This document shows positions 39,760-53,107 of a DNA stretch of 64,000 nucleotides, one piece after another (the first letter of the stretch is position 1; each line of letters begins with the position of its first letter). The notes under the pieces are model-generated. The model saw only the letters and a program-made list of their open reading frames with translations, had not been told where the DNA came from and made no database searches. Location: positions 106,392,001-106,456,000 of the forward strand of contig NC_042999.1 of assembly GCF_006345805.1 (NCBI RefSeq), read 5' to 3'. Source of the stretch: Octopus sinensis (lineage: Eukaryota). Both the position numbers and the translations under genes were made by a program.

Positions 39760-41065
39760 CAGGGTAGGGAAGCAACATTTACAATATTTTGAAGCAGGGA
39801 TTGAAAGACAGTGTATGACCAATTAGTTTATTGAAAGACATGAGAATGTATTTGCCATAAGAAAATTTACATAATAGAAAATGTTTTTATTCTATGTGTC
39901 CTCCTTCTTTCTGAATAACTGTCTTCACACGCTTCCTGAAACTTGCACAAGTTTTCCTCAAATATTCGGGAGACAACTTCTCCCATTCTTCTTTAATAGT
40001 ATCTTTAAGAGAGTCGACGTTGCTGTGTGATGTTCTATTGGTAGCATGTTCTATTGGTAGCATGTCCTAAAACGCCCCAAATAGCATAATCCAGAGTGTT
40101 TAGATCTGGGCTAGAAGGTGGCCATAAACATGAATCCAAAAAATTGCTAAAGTTGGATTTGCAGAAATCTTGTATTTTTCTAGCTGTGTGGGCTGGAGCA
40201 CGATCCTGTGTCCATACTTAATTATCATCTGGGTAGTTTGCTTTAAGTCATGGCAATACCTGGTATCTCAGAGTCTTGTAGTAAGTATTAACATTGATCA
40301 TTTCATCAGCTTTGTAGAATTTTATAGGCATTTTCTTTCCATCGGAAGCCACAACACCAAAAGCCATAAGTTGAGCAGGATGTTTTGTTCTGGATGTTCC
40401 CATAACCTCAACTGTTTATTTTGTGATAAATCTGTCATTTATGCGGTTCAGAACAGCATCGACAGTGAAGAGCTTTTCCTCTGAAAATATCGTTACAATG
40501 GAGAACTTTTTCTTGAACCATGTAATAATTTTCTTGCACCTTTCCAATCTCTTTTCCTTCATAGCTGTTGTCAAAAAATGTTTTCATGTTCTTGTGTGAG
40601 ATTTTAACCTCAAATCGTATTTTACTGCTTTTCTAATGGTCTTGTTGTCTACCTCAAGTTCATTTGCCATTTTTCTCATGCATTTGGTTGGATCCTTTAA
40701 ACTTTTGGATTTGAGAGCTTTAATAAGAGATTTGCTACGTTTTTTTGTTGATTCCTCCCCTTCCAGACTTCCTCGTAATAGTTTTGCTTATAGTCATTCT
40801 ATTCTTACATTATAAACAGTGTTTATGGACACTCCAACTATTCTTGAAATCTCCCTTGGTGTGACGAGTGCATTCAGCAAATCACACATTCTTTGACTTT
40901 TGCTTTCCTGATTACACATACGGGCAACATTTTCTGAAAGGGTAAGGATAATAGTGTTAGGTATGATTATTACTTCAATATATGCTAGGTTTCAAAACAA
41001 CCCACTTAGTGTCTGTTGAGAAAAACCAACTTAACTTTCATTGTAAATTTTGCTTCCCTACCCTG
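39760..41065 (-). mobile_element. full-length (1306 bp) DD37D/maT Tc1-mariner transposon with defective transposase (39887-40919)
   Basis: 26-bp TIRs CAGGGTAGGGAAGCAA(C/A)ATTTACAAT (39760-85, 41040-65, one mismatch), TA on the left and CA on the right. QDRAPAH...WPPSSPDLNTLDYAIW has 37 residues between the 2nd and 3rd Asp. A 16-bp tandem duplication at 40031-40062 and stops disrupt the ORF. Confidence 0.92.
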
Positions 41066-41066
41066 C

Positions 41067-41099
<33 letters not shown>

Positions 41100-41117
41100 T
41101 ATAATATATATATATAT

Positions 41118-41684
41118 AAAATAGTAAAAAGTGAAAAAACTACAGAAGGCTTAAATGTTAGAAAATATATATATTTGCGTCAATATGTCTGAAGAATATT
41201 AAACAATTCTTTTTAAAAAAATTTTTCTCTTATAATGGCATAATTTAAAAGAAAGACCGGTTTCGCGTTTAGCTTTTCAAATTTCTTGCGACGTTATATT
41301 TATGTTGAATAGAGTTATCGTTATGTTTATGTTCAGGAGAGTTCTAAATAAGGGGAGGTAGTTAGTGATTTCTTCCGGTGTAAGGGAGATAATCGCTTAA
41401 TTTTTTTTTCCTTTCCCTTGGTGTGAATTTCTCTGTATCAGTATGTTCGGATGGTTGAGTCTGGGCTTGTACTTTTCAATGAAGAATGTTTCCTTGTTTA
41501 GTCTAATTTGTGTTGATGATCCGAAAGCACATTGGTAAAATGGAAAGATTAAAAATTGTGGTAGTAGTTGCTTTGCGCATTTCTCAATGTGCTCACTAAA
41601 AGGTATCATTCTATATTCTGGGAATGCAATCTGTTGTCGATGCAGTGTGCATCTACGTCTGAGTGATAGTCCCGTGGAACCCAC
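41118..41684 (-). mobile_element. Penelope-like element 3' fragment, same family as 7866-9236
   Basis: ORF 41397..41693 VGSTGLSLRRRCTLHRQQ...IRLNKETFFIEKYKPRLN plus a 3' UTR collinear with 7866-8420. (TA)n on both sides. Confidence 0.9.
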
Positions 41685-41799
41685 TATATGCACATATTTA
41701 CATATGTGTATGTATATAATGTATATATATATATATAATATATATATATATATACGCTTTAGAATAAGGAACTTGTCAAATAGAATGACAAGTGAACAG

Positions 41800-42450
41800 G
41801 GATTCCGTAATCAACTTCAATATTTTACAGCTTTTTCTGCTATACGCTGCAGCACTCCCAGAGCTGAGTATTGTGCATCAAGTTATAGTTTCGCGGGAAC
41901 TTCTAAAATGAAGTGGAAGTCTATTTGGAAAGCATTTACCTACATATAAAAATCACCGTTGAAAATTCTTTTCCATATCTTTGCAAAGCTGCATCATAGT
42001 TTTCATGATAATTATTTTCAGATTTCTTTCCTCTTAACACCCACTATCACTGCATGATTTTGCAAACGGTTGCACTTGGTGATAGAAAGATATTGCGATA
42101 GAAACAGATGTCTCTAGAGGAAAGAGAACGAATCAGAAATTTTCTTTCCAGCTTCATATACTCTTGTTTGACCAGCAATGATATAATCGACAGTGGCATA
42201 AAAAAAAACCAGCTGTCTGAAATTCTGATTCTGTAAACATTTCAGCATTTTTCGTTTGGCTTTCATGACTTGACTGGTTCTCATAAAAAAGAAATATTTT
42301 GCTTTTCCCCACTTGTTTATAGTTTAATTTCAAATTGCAGACTATTAGCAATGTTTCCATTCTCCCAGCAGAGTGTCAAATTGATTTCGCAGTTTCTGCA
42401 TAGTTTCTAATGTTCTCTATTAATAATAATGCACACTTTTGCTTCTAAGG
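41800..42450 (-). mobile_element. possible very old pogo/Tigger transposase relic
   Basis: Only faint motif resemblance (FQTAGFF ~ F.AS.GWF; ETSV ~ DETGL; GKCFPNRLPLHFRS ~ GK...LPV.Y.SN). Confidence 0.25.
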
Positions 42451-43329
42451 CCATGTCGTACGATTTTAATGGAGCAAGAATTTTAAAACAGATGAATTAA
42501 ATGAGTATGCATCTAGATGAGTACGTGCAGATGTTTCAGTTTCTACATATAGATGTTCATCACTTAGTTTCTGAGAGCAATACCATATCTTGAAATGATC
42601 TCTTTCTTTTGAATTCACATTTAGCTGTCACCTTCGCTTCTCTAATGAGATATATCTGGTTACGCGTTTCACTGATAAGATTGAGAAATCTGAGATACTG
42701 GAAAGTATTTCAGAAAGTAAATACTGGAAAATGTTGGATATATTTTTTAGACCAGCATTAAACACTGGATCGACTTGTGGATATCACATAATATATAAAC
42801 GTTTCTTTTCGTGTGTACCTCCAGACATCCTACAGCGCAGCGTTTAGAACTTATGTATATGACAACTGATTGATTTATTGATGAATGGAAAATGAGAACA
42901 CAGAGAAAGAGAGAAAAGTTGTATGTGTGTGTGTTTGTTGAGCGTTTGTATGTGTGTGCGTGTGTTTGTGTCTGTGTGTATGTGTGTGCGCGCGCGTGTG
43001 TGAGTGTGCATGCACTCAATAATGAAAGAATGATAGGAAAATGTTGAAATGGAAAAGAAGTTGATGGAGAGTAAAGGAGTTTGGTGAAAGCAAAAATGTG
43101 AGCGAAGTGGTAGAGCAGTATTATATTGTTGGTAGAGGTAATAAAATAACACCTCCACTTGTAAAGCCGTGTATATGTTTCGGGGTATATTACATTCATC
43201 TATAGATATATATTTATGCATACGTGTGGGTGCATGTAGGTGTATGTCTGTGTGTGTGTTTGTGCGTGTGTGTGTGACAGACAGACAGAGAGAGTGTGTG
43301 AAGCGTCTCCAGCGGATGGGAATATGGTA

Positions 43330-43500
43330 GAAATGAAAAATAAGAAACCTAGCAGTCCATCGGTTACTGCGATGAATGTTCCAGTTAATCTGATCAACAG
43401 ATCAGCTTGCTCGTGAAATTAACGTGCAATGACTATGCCCTTACCAGAAACGTATACCCTTAAGGTAGTTCTCAGGGATATTCAACGTGACGCAGAATGT
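43330..43500 (-). mobile_element. degenerate SINE body fragment
   Basis: tccagttaatctgatcaacagatcagcttgctcgtgaaattaacgtgcaa...cccttaaggtagttctcagggatattca is recognised from memory as an octopus SINE internal segment. Confidence 0.45.
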
Positions 43501-44438
43501 GAATGGGGCAGGACGCAGTGCTGGGACGTACGACATTACAATTTCGAGCCTGACCAATAAGCTACGCGTCTTCGCAAAGCCACGGGCCTTTGCAAGTAAG
43601 AAATGAGACATAGAATAGGAGGAAACGAATACCGTTTTAGCTAGTTAAAGAGAGGGGCAAAAGGAAAGAGAGAAGGGAACATGAACTTGGTAGTGCTGGG
43701 AGATACAGATAACTCTACGTATTCACATATATTACATATCTAGAACTGTAGGGTTAATGATGTCACTAGAGTATTGGTTAACGTAGATGGCAATAGTGGT
43801 TGTAATATTGTGAGAGCAAGGAAGTGACGAGAGTAGTTTTCTTGTTTTTTATTTTGGAACACTTATTCGTAAAGTCGAAATTCTTTTCACATGAGATTCG
43901 TACATTAAGAGGTTCAATTATCTAAAAAGCTGTTCAATTATCTAAGAGCTTGTATTTAAGTGGTGAAAATATAACTCCTCCGGAAAGTAGGCATATTGAA
44001 ATTATTCTAGAAATGTTACTCCCCACAAAGTTTCTTTCTTGTCATGCCATACTGAGCCAATATGTTTTCCATTTCCATTTCATCGCGGACAATTCCAATA
44101 GCACAACGAAATCCAGCACCATAAAGCATCTCAAATGACTCGAGTTCATACCCTGTTAAAACTTTGATAATTTTCGACCGACATTTTTGTAGGAATTCAG
44201 TATCATCCTTTAAACAGAGCAACATTTTCAGCAGTATTTACTTGACATCTACGTAAAGACTGAACTATCTTTTTACAGTGGAAATCGTCAAGATTTAAAA
44301 TACATGTGCTCATAATGATCACTTCATTAACTTTTGAAGCATATCAACGATATGCTCGTACTCAATATGCTCATATTTTCTTTTTTCATCGAATTTAATG
44401 AAATAATCCCTCTGCAATATATTTATTTTTTTCTTTAG

Positions 44439-44546
44439 GAAGACAAAATTAAATATGCAGATGACATCAAGCAATTAGCATCTGCAGAAGTTCTAAATGA
44501 AGGCATTCTATTGAAGAATCTTGCAAGAAAAATTCCTGACACAAAG
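44439..44546 (+). CDS. candidate spliced exon (108 nt, phase 0-0) of an unidentified host gene
   Basis: tttattttttttctttag|GAAGAC...ACAAAG|gttatg. Open frame EDKIKYADDIKQLASAEVLNEGILLKNLARKIPDTK with ordinary protein composition. Confidence 0.5.
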
Positions 44547-45138
44547 GTTATGTGCTATTAATCATCCCGTTTCTTTTTGCATGGAAAATTACACACGAAG
44601 TAAACTTTCCAAACACTGTCTAAGTAGAGATACTTCATAATATGGCAGGTGTAATAATGGTGCTCTTGTGTAAGTTCGACGATATTCTGTAGGTATCGCA
44701 ACGTCGTGTCGTACAATACTTTTGTTTCTAATGAAAAATTCCATATCTATATAAATTTGGAACTTTATTCATCTGTCAAGATATCAAATATGTTTTTAAA
44801 TAAATGTAAAAAGATCATCACTTCACCTCCACTGAAATTACAATGTCGCTACTAACAAACAGCAGCTTCTTTTCTGAAGCCATGTAATAAGTATCTCAAA
44901 ATAAGATATATAAAAGCATTTTACAGTTTATAGATCTGCCTTTCACCTCCCAGACTTTCAAAGTTTACTTCCTAAAAGTAACGGCCCTTCAAGTTGCAAA
45001 ATCGCACGAAAAATTATTCACAACAATATTTACAAATTCAAATTCTTTTTCAATGAAGGTGGAAAGTTTTTCAATGAAGGTGAAAACATGGATAATTAGA
45101 CAGGAGTCTGGACAATTTGAAATATTTTATTTGTGCAA

Positions 45139-45320
45139 TGCGACAAGCTGGCAGAATCATTACTGCGGTGGAAAAATGCAGAGCCTTTCTTCCGACTTTA
45201 CCTTCTGAAATAAAATGCCACGGGGGTCAACTTTCGCTTCTCACTCATTCGGGATAGATAAAATAAGTACCAGTTTAACACTGGAGTCGATGTAATTGAA
45301 TTACCCCGTACCCAAAATTT
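45139..45320 (+). mobile_element. degenerate SINE family 2
   Basis: gcgacaagctggcagaatcatta...gggtcaactttcgcttctcactcattcgggatagataaaataagtaccagt...actggagtcgatgtaattga is the reverse complement of the 56745-56978 type. Confidence 0.65.
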
Positions 45321-45599
45321 GAAACGAATATTTTGTGTGTCTGTTGCTCTTTTACTTTCCAGGAGCATGAACCTATGATATATCGATTACTGTCCGATGA
45401 AACATTATGCCAACAGAGAAAAATATTTGCTTACGAGTAATTGGAAAACAATTCAACAGTTAGAATGAATAATCTTTCCAGCTATCTGTGCCTATTGTAA
45501 GCTTCAAAAAGTAATTCAACTATGAAATGCTTTTGCGGAATATCTTATTGAAGATCACGTGTTATGTATTTTCTCCTAAGATTTCCCACTGTCAGTTAA

Positions 45600-46240
45600 A
45601 ATCTCCTCAGTTGCAACTGAAGAGATTTTATAACCAGTACCAGGAAATGTCCTAACGTATTTTAGTATTGATCAAATAATTAATGACAAAAAAAAGGAGA
45701 TAACTACTACACAATAGAATTACTTAATTCATTTACTCCACGTGGAATACTATCTCACAAACTGAATTTAAAAGTAGAATCAATTGTAATGTTATTATAT
45801 AATACATCAATGCAGCAAGGGCTATTTAGTAGAACTAAACTAGAAATCGTTAACTTACATTATAACTACAAGAATGTTTGTTAATAAATGGAGCTTTGGC
45901 TGCCGGGTAAACGTGGATATTTACAGTTTAACTGGTTAATAGCGAACACAATTTGCCTTTTAGTTTACAAAGATCTATTTCCTGTTACATTATCTTTTCA
46001 CTGAAAAATGGTAATATGCAGGGCCAAACATTTAATAAAATAGAGATTTGCTTACCGCAACATATCTTGAGACAAGGATACTTATTTGTTGTATTCTCTA
46101 GGTATAGAAAACTTATTGATACTTATTTGTTGCATTCTCTAGGAATAGAAAACTAACGAAAGAGTAGCTAACACCAATAGGCAAGGAAAGCAAATAGAAA
46201 AAAATTATCACCAAAATTAATCTATACTAGGAAGTATTAG
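45600..46240 (+). mobile_element. Helitron PIF1-type helicase C-terminal relic
   Basis: PGNVLTYFSID; YTIELLNSFTPRGILSHKLNLKVESIVMLL; QGQTFNKIEICLPQHILRQGYLFVVFSR (cf. QGQT..KVG.YL..PVFSHGQLYVALSR). Frameshifted. Confidence 0.85.
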
Positions 46241-46520
46241 ATTAATGCTACGCGTTTATGATAATGAAAATTAATGGAATAATCTTTCAAATGATACAAT
46301 GATGAAATAACTTTATTGTACGACAGTGCAATGTTATTAATTATTGATTTTCCTTAATATGGTTCTTCTATTGATTTGTTTATTATGCAAATCATATTTA
46401 TTATATTAAGCGTATACCAATATTAATTCAAATCTTGATTAAGTAATATATATTTTTTTAATAATTCATTTCTTTCTCGTTTATCCATGTTATATGTAAG
46501 TGTACAAATATATTCAACAG

Positions 46521-46804
46521 TACAACCATAATATTAACAAGGATTCAACAACTGCATACTCAGATTTGCTAAAGCACTATCAATGCAGTTGCACGTTAGA
46601 GAAAAATATTATAGATGAGGTATTCAACTGTGTTCCATATGAAAGATTGCTTAATGCGTTTGCTACATACATCATTCTTTCAGTTCATTTTCAGTCATTT
46701 TGCGAATGTTGCCATAATGGAAATATAAATAGTCATGAATTATTACTTTCTCATGGATATTTCTGTATACCTCTTTCTAGAGATCGCTCACCTCCTGATA
46801 CAAG
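46521..46804 (+). CDS. candidate spliced exon (284 nt, phase 0-2) of an unidentified host gene
   Basis: attcaacag|TACAAC...GATACAAG|gtaaaa. 94 stop-free codons in very AT-rich DNA (YNHNINKD...PYERLLNAFATYIILSVHFQSFCECCH...SRDRSPPDT), phase-compatible with the 44439 exon. Confidence 0.45.
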
Positions 46805-47029
46805 GTAAAAGTATTAGATTACAACTTTCAAGATTGAATAGATGATAATTGTATAACTATGAATATATTTTACTGCTTCAGCTACAAGATAAATGCTACT
46901 TATGTAGACTTCTCACAATCTCAATACGTAATGACTTCCAAAATAAATACACGTCTTATATATTTTAGATTCATCTTTAAACGTACAATATTAAAGTTAT
47001 TTTTCTACGGGTGCTGCTAGACGTTATTA

Positions 47030-47045
47030 TTATTATTATTATTAT

Positions 47046-47098
<53 letters not shown>

Positions 47099-47134
47099 TT
47101 ATTGTTATTATCATCATCATCATCATCATCATCA

Positions 47135-47180
<46 letters not shown>
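47030..47180. repeat. compound (TTA)(TAG)(CAT)(TTA) microsatellite
   Basis: Direct reading; start of the first (TAA)n insertion cluster. Confidence 0.95.
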
Positions 47181-47181
<1 letters not shown>

Positions 47182-47735
47182 GAGTGAGAGAGCAGTTCAT
47201 GCCATCAAAGTGACACTGGGGTAAAATATACGAAGCCCAATATACCCATCATGACTACCCGTCTGATAAGGGTACACCAGGCACATGCATCACAACCATA
47301 TGTGCGCGACATGGTGATCTCATATCAAGATAAACAGCACATGACCTTGCAGGTGGGGCCCAGTTAGAATTTTCTTCAGGTTGAGTAGCCCATCCCGCTC
47401 AAACGGTCCCTGAATAAGGGTTGTTTAAGAATGTTGAAAGAACCACCCATGTTTCCAGAGGTGAATTATTCAAACCCCAAAGAATCCCTCTCAACACATG
47501 GCTATGATGCTCCCCCACTACTTCTGCTCGTGATCAGGGATGCACATATCGTCAGTCACTAAGGGGCATGTTCAACTGGTTAAGGTCAAACAACTGACAA
47601 GCAAATCTGTGGTATTGAGCAGAATATTTGCTGTAGCCCATCTTTTATACCAAGACAAAACAATGTACATGATAACACTTCCAATCAGTTAAGATTAGAA
47701 GCCATGAGAGCCACTGCCTGGTACTGCATCAGGGC

Positions 47736-47738
<3 letters not shown>
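47181..47738 (-). mobile_element. unclassified ~560-bp non-coding element in (TAA)n ('element X'), full copy
   Basis: Same sequence at 52188-52490 and 60561-60640, always flanked by (TTA)n, with no ORF. Strand inferred from the truncation pattern. Confidence 0.75.
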
Positions 47739-47816
<78 letters not shown>

Positions 47817-47852
47817 CATTATTATTATTATTATTATTTTCATTATTATTAT

Positions 47853-48696
47853 ATGTTTGACTTTTGCTTTACATTTGTACAAGTTGGCTCCAAGTCTCAT
47901 TCAGAGAACTCAAGAGACAACAAGCTGGAAGTTCATGTTGGTGTTATGTCTAGGGTGCCATATATTTGGTTTTGTACTTAGTGTTGCACTAGTGAATGTT
48001 TAAGAAACCATAAGAAAATAATGTTTGTTTTAAAACTTGAGATTACATAGAAAGAATTTTGCATAGGATATGAGCAGTTCCCATGAGCACTATCTTTTGA
48101 ATTTCTGCCATTTTGGGGTTTCCTGGTATCTGAGTTAGGTAGCAATCAGCTCCTTTTGCTATCATTCCCAGGTCACCTATAACAACAGGTATTGTTTTAG
48201 TCTTCAGGTTCCACATTTTGCTGATTTCTATTTCAAGATCCTTATATTTGTTCAGTTTTTGGTAGGTCTTAACAGATACGTTTATATTGGTTGGGACAGT
48301 CATATCAATGAGGAGGCATGATTTTTGTCTGAAGTCTTTCAATATGGTGTCTGGTTTATTCGCATTTATCTTTCTGTCAGTTTGAATGGTGAAGTTCCAG
48401 AGGAGTGAAAAGTGATCATTTTCAAGTACTGGAGGTGGTTTGTGTTCCCACCAGTTTTTATCATGGGGCAAGTCAAAGCTTTTGCAAATTACCCAGTGAA
48501 TATATTGTGCAGTTCTATCATGCCTTTTGAGATATTCTGTAGGCACAAGAAGACTGCACTTGGAGACAACATGATCAATGGTTTCATTTTGTTGTTGACG
48601 TACATGACATGTTGGGCTACTGCCGTTCTTTAATATGTTGGCCTAGTAGTTCCTTGTAAGTAGATATTGATCTAGGGCTGCTATGATAAACTCTTC

Positions 48697-48697
<1 letters not shown>
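47853..48697 (-). mobile_element. R4/Dong-type 3' fragment, subfamily A (CCHC + RLE endonuclease)
   Basis: ORF 48043..48546 RHDRTAQYIHW...NKPDTILKD...LIDMTVP...KYKDL, preceded by FIIAALDQYLLTRNY and ETIDHVVSKC. (TTA)n flanks. Confidence 0.92.
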
Positions 48698-48762
<65 letters not shown>

Positions 48763-48885
48763 TATTATTATTATTAATAATAATATTATTATTGTTATTG
48801 TTATTATTATTATTGTTAATATTATTGTTATTATTATTATTATTGTTATTATTATTATTATTATTGTTATTATTATTATTATTAT

Positions 48886-51800
48886 TCAGTAGTTTTATTT
48901 TTATAGCGTGCTTTCACTTCACTACCGAGCGCAGCTCTGTGTGCCTTGGGTATGTGCTGTGATTTGTTGTGATGCTCTGATGGTTATTGTATGGAAAGTG
49001 TTCTGCGTAGGATGTGTGCAGTGCCTAGTAGTGCAATTTTCTGTATGTTCTATGTGTTTGTAATCCTGGTGTTTTTGTTATGTATTTGTCTGAATATTTT
49101 TTTATCATGCCTAATGCACCTTCTATGATAGGAATTGTTTCTGTTTTCAGGTTCCACATTCTAATTACCTCTATTTCCAGGTCTTTGTATTTTGAGAGTT
49201 TCTCCATTTCTTTTAGAGACACGTTGTCATCAGCCGGTATTGATACATCAATTAGAAAGCATTTTTTTTCTTCATGATCTCTGACAACTATATCTGGTCT
49301 GTTGGCCTTAATTTCTCTATCTGTGTGTATCGGCATATCCCAGAGTATGGTTGCTTTCTCGTTTTCTGTGACCTTTTCGGGTGTGTGCCTATACCATCTT
49401 TTTCTGTTGTTATTCCATAATGTTGGCATAGCTTCCAGTGTATGTAGGTTCCAACTCTGTCATGTCTGTGAATATATTCCTTCTTAGTCAGGACTGGGCA
49501 GCCAGAGATAATATGATTTATTGTTTCTTGTCCATCTCCACATATTCTGCAGTTACTTTTTATATTTCTTTTCATTACAAGTTTTTGGTAATTTTGGTAA
49601 TCCCTCTGTTTCTACTTTGAGTCCTGAGCTTCTCAACCATTGCTGGGATTTTTCTTTGTCTATTTCTTTTGCGTTTAGTTTAGTCCAGTATTTACAATGA
49701 AGTGGCTTTTCTTGCCATCGTTTTATCATGGTTCTTTGCTGTTGTAGTTTTAGTTTGGATTTCATTTGTTTTATAGCTTTTGTTGTTTCTTCATATTTTT
49801 CTTCTTCTTCATATTTCTTAGGTGGTATGATTTCTTGTTTGTATTCGTCAGCTTCCTTAAATACTGAAAACAGTTTTTTGTTTTGCTCGTGTTTTGCCGC
49901 TATTTTATAGTAGTTTTCTAGCTGTATAAGGCCTCTTCCACCTTCTATACGTTGTATATATAGTCTTTCTATGTCAGATTTTGGGTGATGCATCCTAGAT
50001 CCTGTCAGTATTTTTCTTGTTTTCCTATCTATTTTGGTCAGTTCATTTAGTGTCCAGTTAAGGATATTGTAGCTGTAACATATAACTGATACAGCTAAAG
50101 TGTTAATACCTATTATCTTGTTTTTAGCATTGAGCTCTGTTTTTAGTATTGATCTAACTCGTCTATAATATTCTTTTTTTACTTTCTCTTTCATTTGTGT
50201 GCGTTGTGTCTTATCTAGTTCATGGATTCCTAAGTATTTGTAAGTTTGGCTTTGGTCTAATTCTTTTATTTCATTGGATTTATCTAGTGTGATGTTGTTA
50301 CTCTTAACTAGTTTTCCTCTTTTCAGGGTTACTTTGGCGCATTTATCCAATCCAAATTTCATATCTATTCCTTTGGTAAGTCCATGAACTGTCTTTAATA
50401 GTGTTTCCAGCTGTTAGTCATTTGTAGCGTATAGTTTTAGGTCATCCATATATAAAAGGTGGCTGATCGTTTTGCCGTAACATTTATATCCGCATCCAGT
50501 ACTATTTAGCATATCAGATAGAGGTGACAGTGCCAAGCAGAAAAGGAGGGGAGAGATCGTGTCTCCCTGGAATATTCCTCTTCTAATGGGGATGGCTTTG
50601 GTTTTCATGAGTCCCTCTTTTGTTTGGAGCTGTAGCACTGTTTGCCATTTATTCATAGAGTGTCCAATGAATTTTATAATTGTTGGTGCTACTTTGTTAA
50701 TGGCTAGTGTTTCGAGTATCCATGTGTGGGGGATGCTATCAAACGCCTTTTTGTAGTCGATCCAGGCCATACTGAGGCCTTTCTTCTTTCTGTGGCTGTC
50801 TTCAGTTATGGCTTTATTAATCATTAGTTGATCTTTACAGCCATATGAACCTTTGCGGCATCCTTTCTGCTCTTCTGGAAACGCGTTGTTTTCGTCCAGG
50901 TGCTAGTTCAACCTTTGCGATATCACTGCAGTAAATGCCTTGTACATTGTAGGGAGACAGGTTATTGGTCTGTAGTTTTCTGGTTTTGCTGTCTCATTTG
51001 ATTTGGGAAGTAAGATGGTTTTCCCCTTCGTGAGCCATTCTGGCATTGTCTCTTGCTCTGTCAGTATGTTGTTAAAGTTTTCAGCCAGCTTTTTGTGCAT
51101 TCCTGTTAGATATTTCAACCAGAAGTTGGGGATCTTGTCATGCCCAGGTGCCTTCCAGTTGCTTAGTCTTTGCAGTGCCTGGGTGACCTCTTCAGTTGTT
51201 ATGTTGGTTCAAAGTTGTTCAGATGCCGAGTTTGTTATTTTGATACTCCTTTTTTTTTTGTTGTTCGTTCGTCGACCATATTTCTCTCCAGAATTCTTCC
51301 ACTTCTTCTGCCGTTGGTGCTGCAGTGATTTCTATTTTATTTTTGACAAGTTCTTGGTAGAACTTTTTGGTGTTGGAGTTGAGCTTTTTGTTTTGTTCAA
51401 AGAAGCGCTGGCGTTTCTCGTACCGGCGGATCCTTTGTGTTTTGGCAAGGATATCTTGCTTTAGTTTTTCTTTTATCTCGGGTGAATCTTTTTCTGTGAT
51501 GTTGTATTTGCGGAGTATTTTTTGTTTTCTTTTTGTTGCTCAGTAGCGTTGATTGTCTACTGATTTCATTAAGAATCGACAGATCTTTTCTCATTTTGTT
51601 TTGGATGTTATTTATCCACATGGTTTGTTTGGGTGGTGGTGCTCCTGTTTGGATGGGTTTGAGTGAGTATCCAGCTTCTGTTGTGGCTGCAGTGGCTGCT
51701 GCGTATCCTAAGTCATTTAGCTCAGTGATATCGCTTTTTGTTTCAGTGGCTATTAGTTCCGTGACAGCTAGGTTTATGCTGTTTATAATTGATGTTGTTG

Positions 51801-52162
51801 TTTCGTCTATTTTGATTTTTGGGAGGAATGGTCGGTGCTCCATCTTGAGATCTGTGTTTTTCAGTTCTTTGATTATTCTACTTTTTATAGTATCATAATC
51901 ATTAGGCTTCCCTTCGTTGTTTTCAGGTTTTACATTTGTGTCACTTTTTTTCACGTTCGTATATTTGTTTGTCGTGTATTATTATGCATCCTTACGGTCT
52001 GGGTTTGTCGTTTTTTGTTTACATCGTGTTTGTTGGGAATGTTACGTTTGTCTTCGTGTTTTACTGTTCCAGTGTTTATATTATTGGGCATTGTTGTGTG
52101 GCTTCTATCTACATCTTCCTGATGTATTTTTTCTTTTAGATGTTCTATTTCTATTGCTGATA
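48886..52162 (-). mobile_element. R4/Dong-type non-LTR retrotransposon, subfamily B, ~3.3 kb, frameshifted
   Basis: ORF pieces give N-terminal region, NYRPITCL, WIDYKKAFDS, GIFQGDTISPLLF, LLYMDDLKL, CRICGDGQETINHIISGC and NRPDIVV...IDVSIP (restriction-like endonuclease). (TTA)n flanks. Confidence 0.95.
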
Positions 52163-52187
52163 TTATTATTATTATTATTATTATTAT

Positions 52188-52489
52188 TGAAGGGGAGAGC
52201 AGTGCATGCTATCAAGGTGACACTGGAGTAAAATATACGAAGCCCAGTATACCTATCATGACTACCCGTCTGAGAAGAGTACACTAGACACATGCATCAC
52301 AACCATATATGCGTGACATGGTAATCTCCTATCAAGATAAACAGCACATGACCTTGCAGGTGGGGCCAAGTTAGAATTTTCTTCTAGTCGAGTAACCCAT
52401 CTGTTATACAAAGACAGAACAATGGACATGATAACATTTCCAATCAGTTAAGATCAGAAGCCACGAGAGCCACTGCCTTGTACTGCATC

Positions 52490-52490
<1 letters not shown>
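52188..52490 (-). mobile_element. element X, internally deleted copy
   Basis: Both ends match 47181-47738. The middle ~250 bp is lost between two cccatc motifs. Confidence 0.75.
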
Positions 52491-52542
<52 letters not shown>

Positions 52543-53107
52543 TATTATATTATTATTATTATTATAATTGGTGATATTGTTCTTATTGGGATTATAGGAG
52601 GCCGTCAATACTAATAAAGACAGCAACTACAGCAGCAATAGTTGTTTTCTACACTTAGCCTTGTTTTGTTGATCCAGTTATGCATCACAAGTGGTCTGCT
52701 AGATATTGTAGTCACCTGTCATCTATGCTGCAGTCTCTCGGCTACAAATAATTTGAACTCAACTTCGTCTAATAATAAACTGTAATTTCAGATATACTTT
52801 CTTTTTAAAAGCAGAATTATTATTCACTGATATATTAAACGAATATTTACATGTCCTTGGTACCCACCATGAGTCACTCCAAACAGTAACATGGTGCCGT
52901 AACTGTCTAAGTTATATTTACTTGCAGCTCATCATGTGTTGAGATACATTTATGATTAGGACTCTGTTCTATATGTTCATTCTCTTGTTTTTTGCCTGCA
53001 TTCCAAACAACAAATAATTTAAAACTTTAATGTAACGCTCTCACGCTTAATAATCACCTTCTCATCAGATAATAGAAGATTATGCAAAGATTATGCCTTT
53101 CACCTCG

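Noticed and set aside
44016-44225. 69-aa minus-strand ORF MLLCLKDDTEF...
   Set aside because: In-frame stop just upstream, no convincing splice pair, no recognised motif, and opposite to the better + strand exon 200 bp away.
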